This document shows positions 60,760 to 61,949 of a stretch of DNA of 61,949 nucleotides, piece after piece (position 1 is the stretch's first letter; every line of letters begins with the position of its first letter). The notes under the pieces were generated by a model, which saw only the letters and a program-made list of their open reading frames with translations, was not told the origin of the DNA and searched no databases. The position numbers were made by a program, and so were the translations under genes. The stretch is from IMG/VR virus record IMGVR_UViG_3300015245_000719, positions 1 to 61,949 of that record; one strand, 5' to 3'. Source of the DNA: a virus (lineage: Duplodnaviria > Caudoviricetes).

Positions 60760-61949
60760 ACCTCCGCGGCTACCAGCGTGAGGCCATCGACGGCCTCTAT
60801 ACGTGGTTCGCCTCGAAAGAGGGCAACCCGCTCCTCGTGCTCCCGACAGCGGCCGGGAAGAGCGTCATCCAGGCCAAGTTCACCCATGAGGCGATCGACC
60901 TGTACCCGAGTACCAGGGTCCTCCTGGTCTCGCACGTAAAGGAGCTGCTGGAGCAGAACACGCACAAGCTGCTTAAGATCTGGCCCGAGGCCCCCATCGG
61001 CATCTACAGCGCGGGGCTCGGCAGCCGCGACGTCGGCTACCAGATCACCGTGGCAGGCATCCAGAGCGTGCACCGCCGGGCCGCAGAGCTAGGCGCGTTC
61101 GACCTGGTGATGGTGGACGAGTGCCATCTGATCCCGCCGGCAGGCGACGGCATGTACCGGCGCTTCATGGTGGAGCAGCGCGCCCTCAACCCGAAGGTCA
61201 AGGTCATCGGCATGACGGCCACGCCCTACCGCCTGAAAACTGGACGGCTGGACAGTGGCGACGAGAAGCTGTTCGACGGCGTGGCCTACGAGGTGACCGT
61301 TCGCCGGCTGATTGACGAAGGCTTCCTGTCGAACCTGATCTCCAAGCGCGGCCTGGTCACGCCCGACCTGTCCGGCGTGGGCACGCGCGGCGGCGAGTTC
61401 ATCCCCGACCAGCTCAACGACGCCATGGACAAGGGCGCCCTCACCACCGCGGCGGCTGACGAAATCGAGAAGCTGTGCAAGGACCGCCGCAGCTGGATCA
61501 TCTTCTGCTCCGGGGTCGAGCACGCGCACCACGTCCGCGACGAGTTCCGCCGGCGCGGGTACGCCGCGCAGACCGTCACGGGCGATACACCGGACCGCGA
61601 GCGCGCTGACACGCTGGCTAAGTTCAAGTCCGGCGACATCCGCGTCCTCACGAACTGCGACGTCCTCACCACCGGATTCGACGCTCCGCCCATAGACGCT
61701 CTGATCATGCTGCGTCCCACGAAGAGCGCTGGCCTATACGTCCAGATCGTCGGCCGTGGGATGCGCCTCTCGCCGGAGACGGGTAAGAAGAACTGCCTCG
61801 TGCTCGACTTCGCCGGGAACATCGAGCGCCACGGCCCGATCGACCAGGTTCAGGTCCGCGACCGCCCCGGGCCTGGCGAGCCCGGCGTCACGGGAGCGCC
61901 AGTCAAGGCGTGCCCGGAGTGCCAGACCATCGTCCCTATCAGCGTCATG
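60756..61949 (+). CDS. SF2 DExH helicase (RadD/YejH-like), truncated at the window end
   Basis: Read manually: LRGYQ, PTAAGKS, DECH, TATP, VLTTGFD, QIVGRGMR, CPEC. Confidence 0.9.
   Translation, partial: MNLRGYQREAIDGLYTWFASKEGNPLLVLPTAAGKSVIQAKFTHEAIDLYPSTRVLLVSHVKELLEQNTHKLLKIWPEAPIGIYSAGLGSRDVGYQITVAGIQSVHRRAAELGAFDLVMVDECHLIPPAGDGMYRRFMVEQRALNPKVKVIGMTATPYRLKTGRLDSGDEKLFDGVAYEVTVRRLIDEGFLSNLISKRGLVTPDLSGVGTRGGEFIPDQLNDAMDKGALTTAAADEIEKLCKDRRSWIIFCSGVEHAHHVRDEFRRRGYAAQTVTGDTPDRERADTLAKFKSGDIRVLTNCDVLTTGFDAPPIDALIMLRPTKSAGLYVQIVGRGMRLSPETGKKNCLVLDFAGNIERHGPIDQVQVRDRPGPGEPGVTGAPVKACPECQTIVPISVM

Overview
High-GC, near-complete tailed dsDNA phage genome with podovirus architecture resembling Bcep22/Lessievirus-type phages (N4-gp56-family capsid, P22-like portal and tail hub, giant DarB-like protein). 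All family assignments are motif recognition by eye, not database searches. From 210 to 40389 a minus-strand late operon runs terS, terL, portal, accessory virion proteins, scaffold, CsrA-like protein, capsid, connectors, Ntn protease, T5 A1-like phosphoesterase, lysis genes, tail genes, ejection proteins, two cupin-fold enzymes and a ~4530-aa polyvalent protein. A ~600-bp control region separates it from a plus-strand cluster of small early genes (41020-48367). Then come RusA, an iteron/IHF/DnaA-box origin candidate, primase-helicase, a cro/cI-like switch, and recombination, RNA-repair and nucleotide genes ending in a truncated helicase. Most notable: (1) two apparently real genes overprinted in the +1 frame inside linkers of the giant protein; (2) a multi-stem, doubly pseudoknotted RNA candidate after the RNA ligase; (3) a stand-alone copy of the repressor C-terminal domain that may be a SinI-like antirepressor; (4) an ATGC-N6-GCAT operator shared by the switch and a distant protease/nuclease cassette; (5) two conserved late-promoter motifs; (6) a PagP-like outer-membrane barrel. 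No tRNA, CRISPR array or reverse transcriptase was seen.
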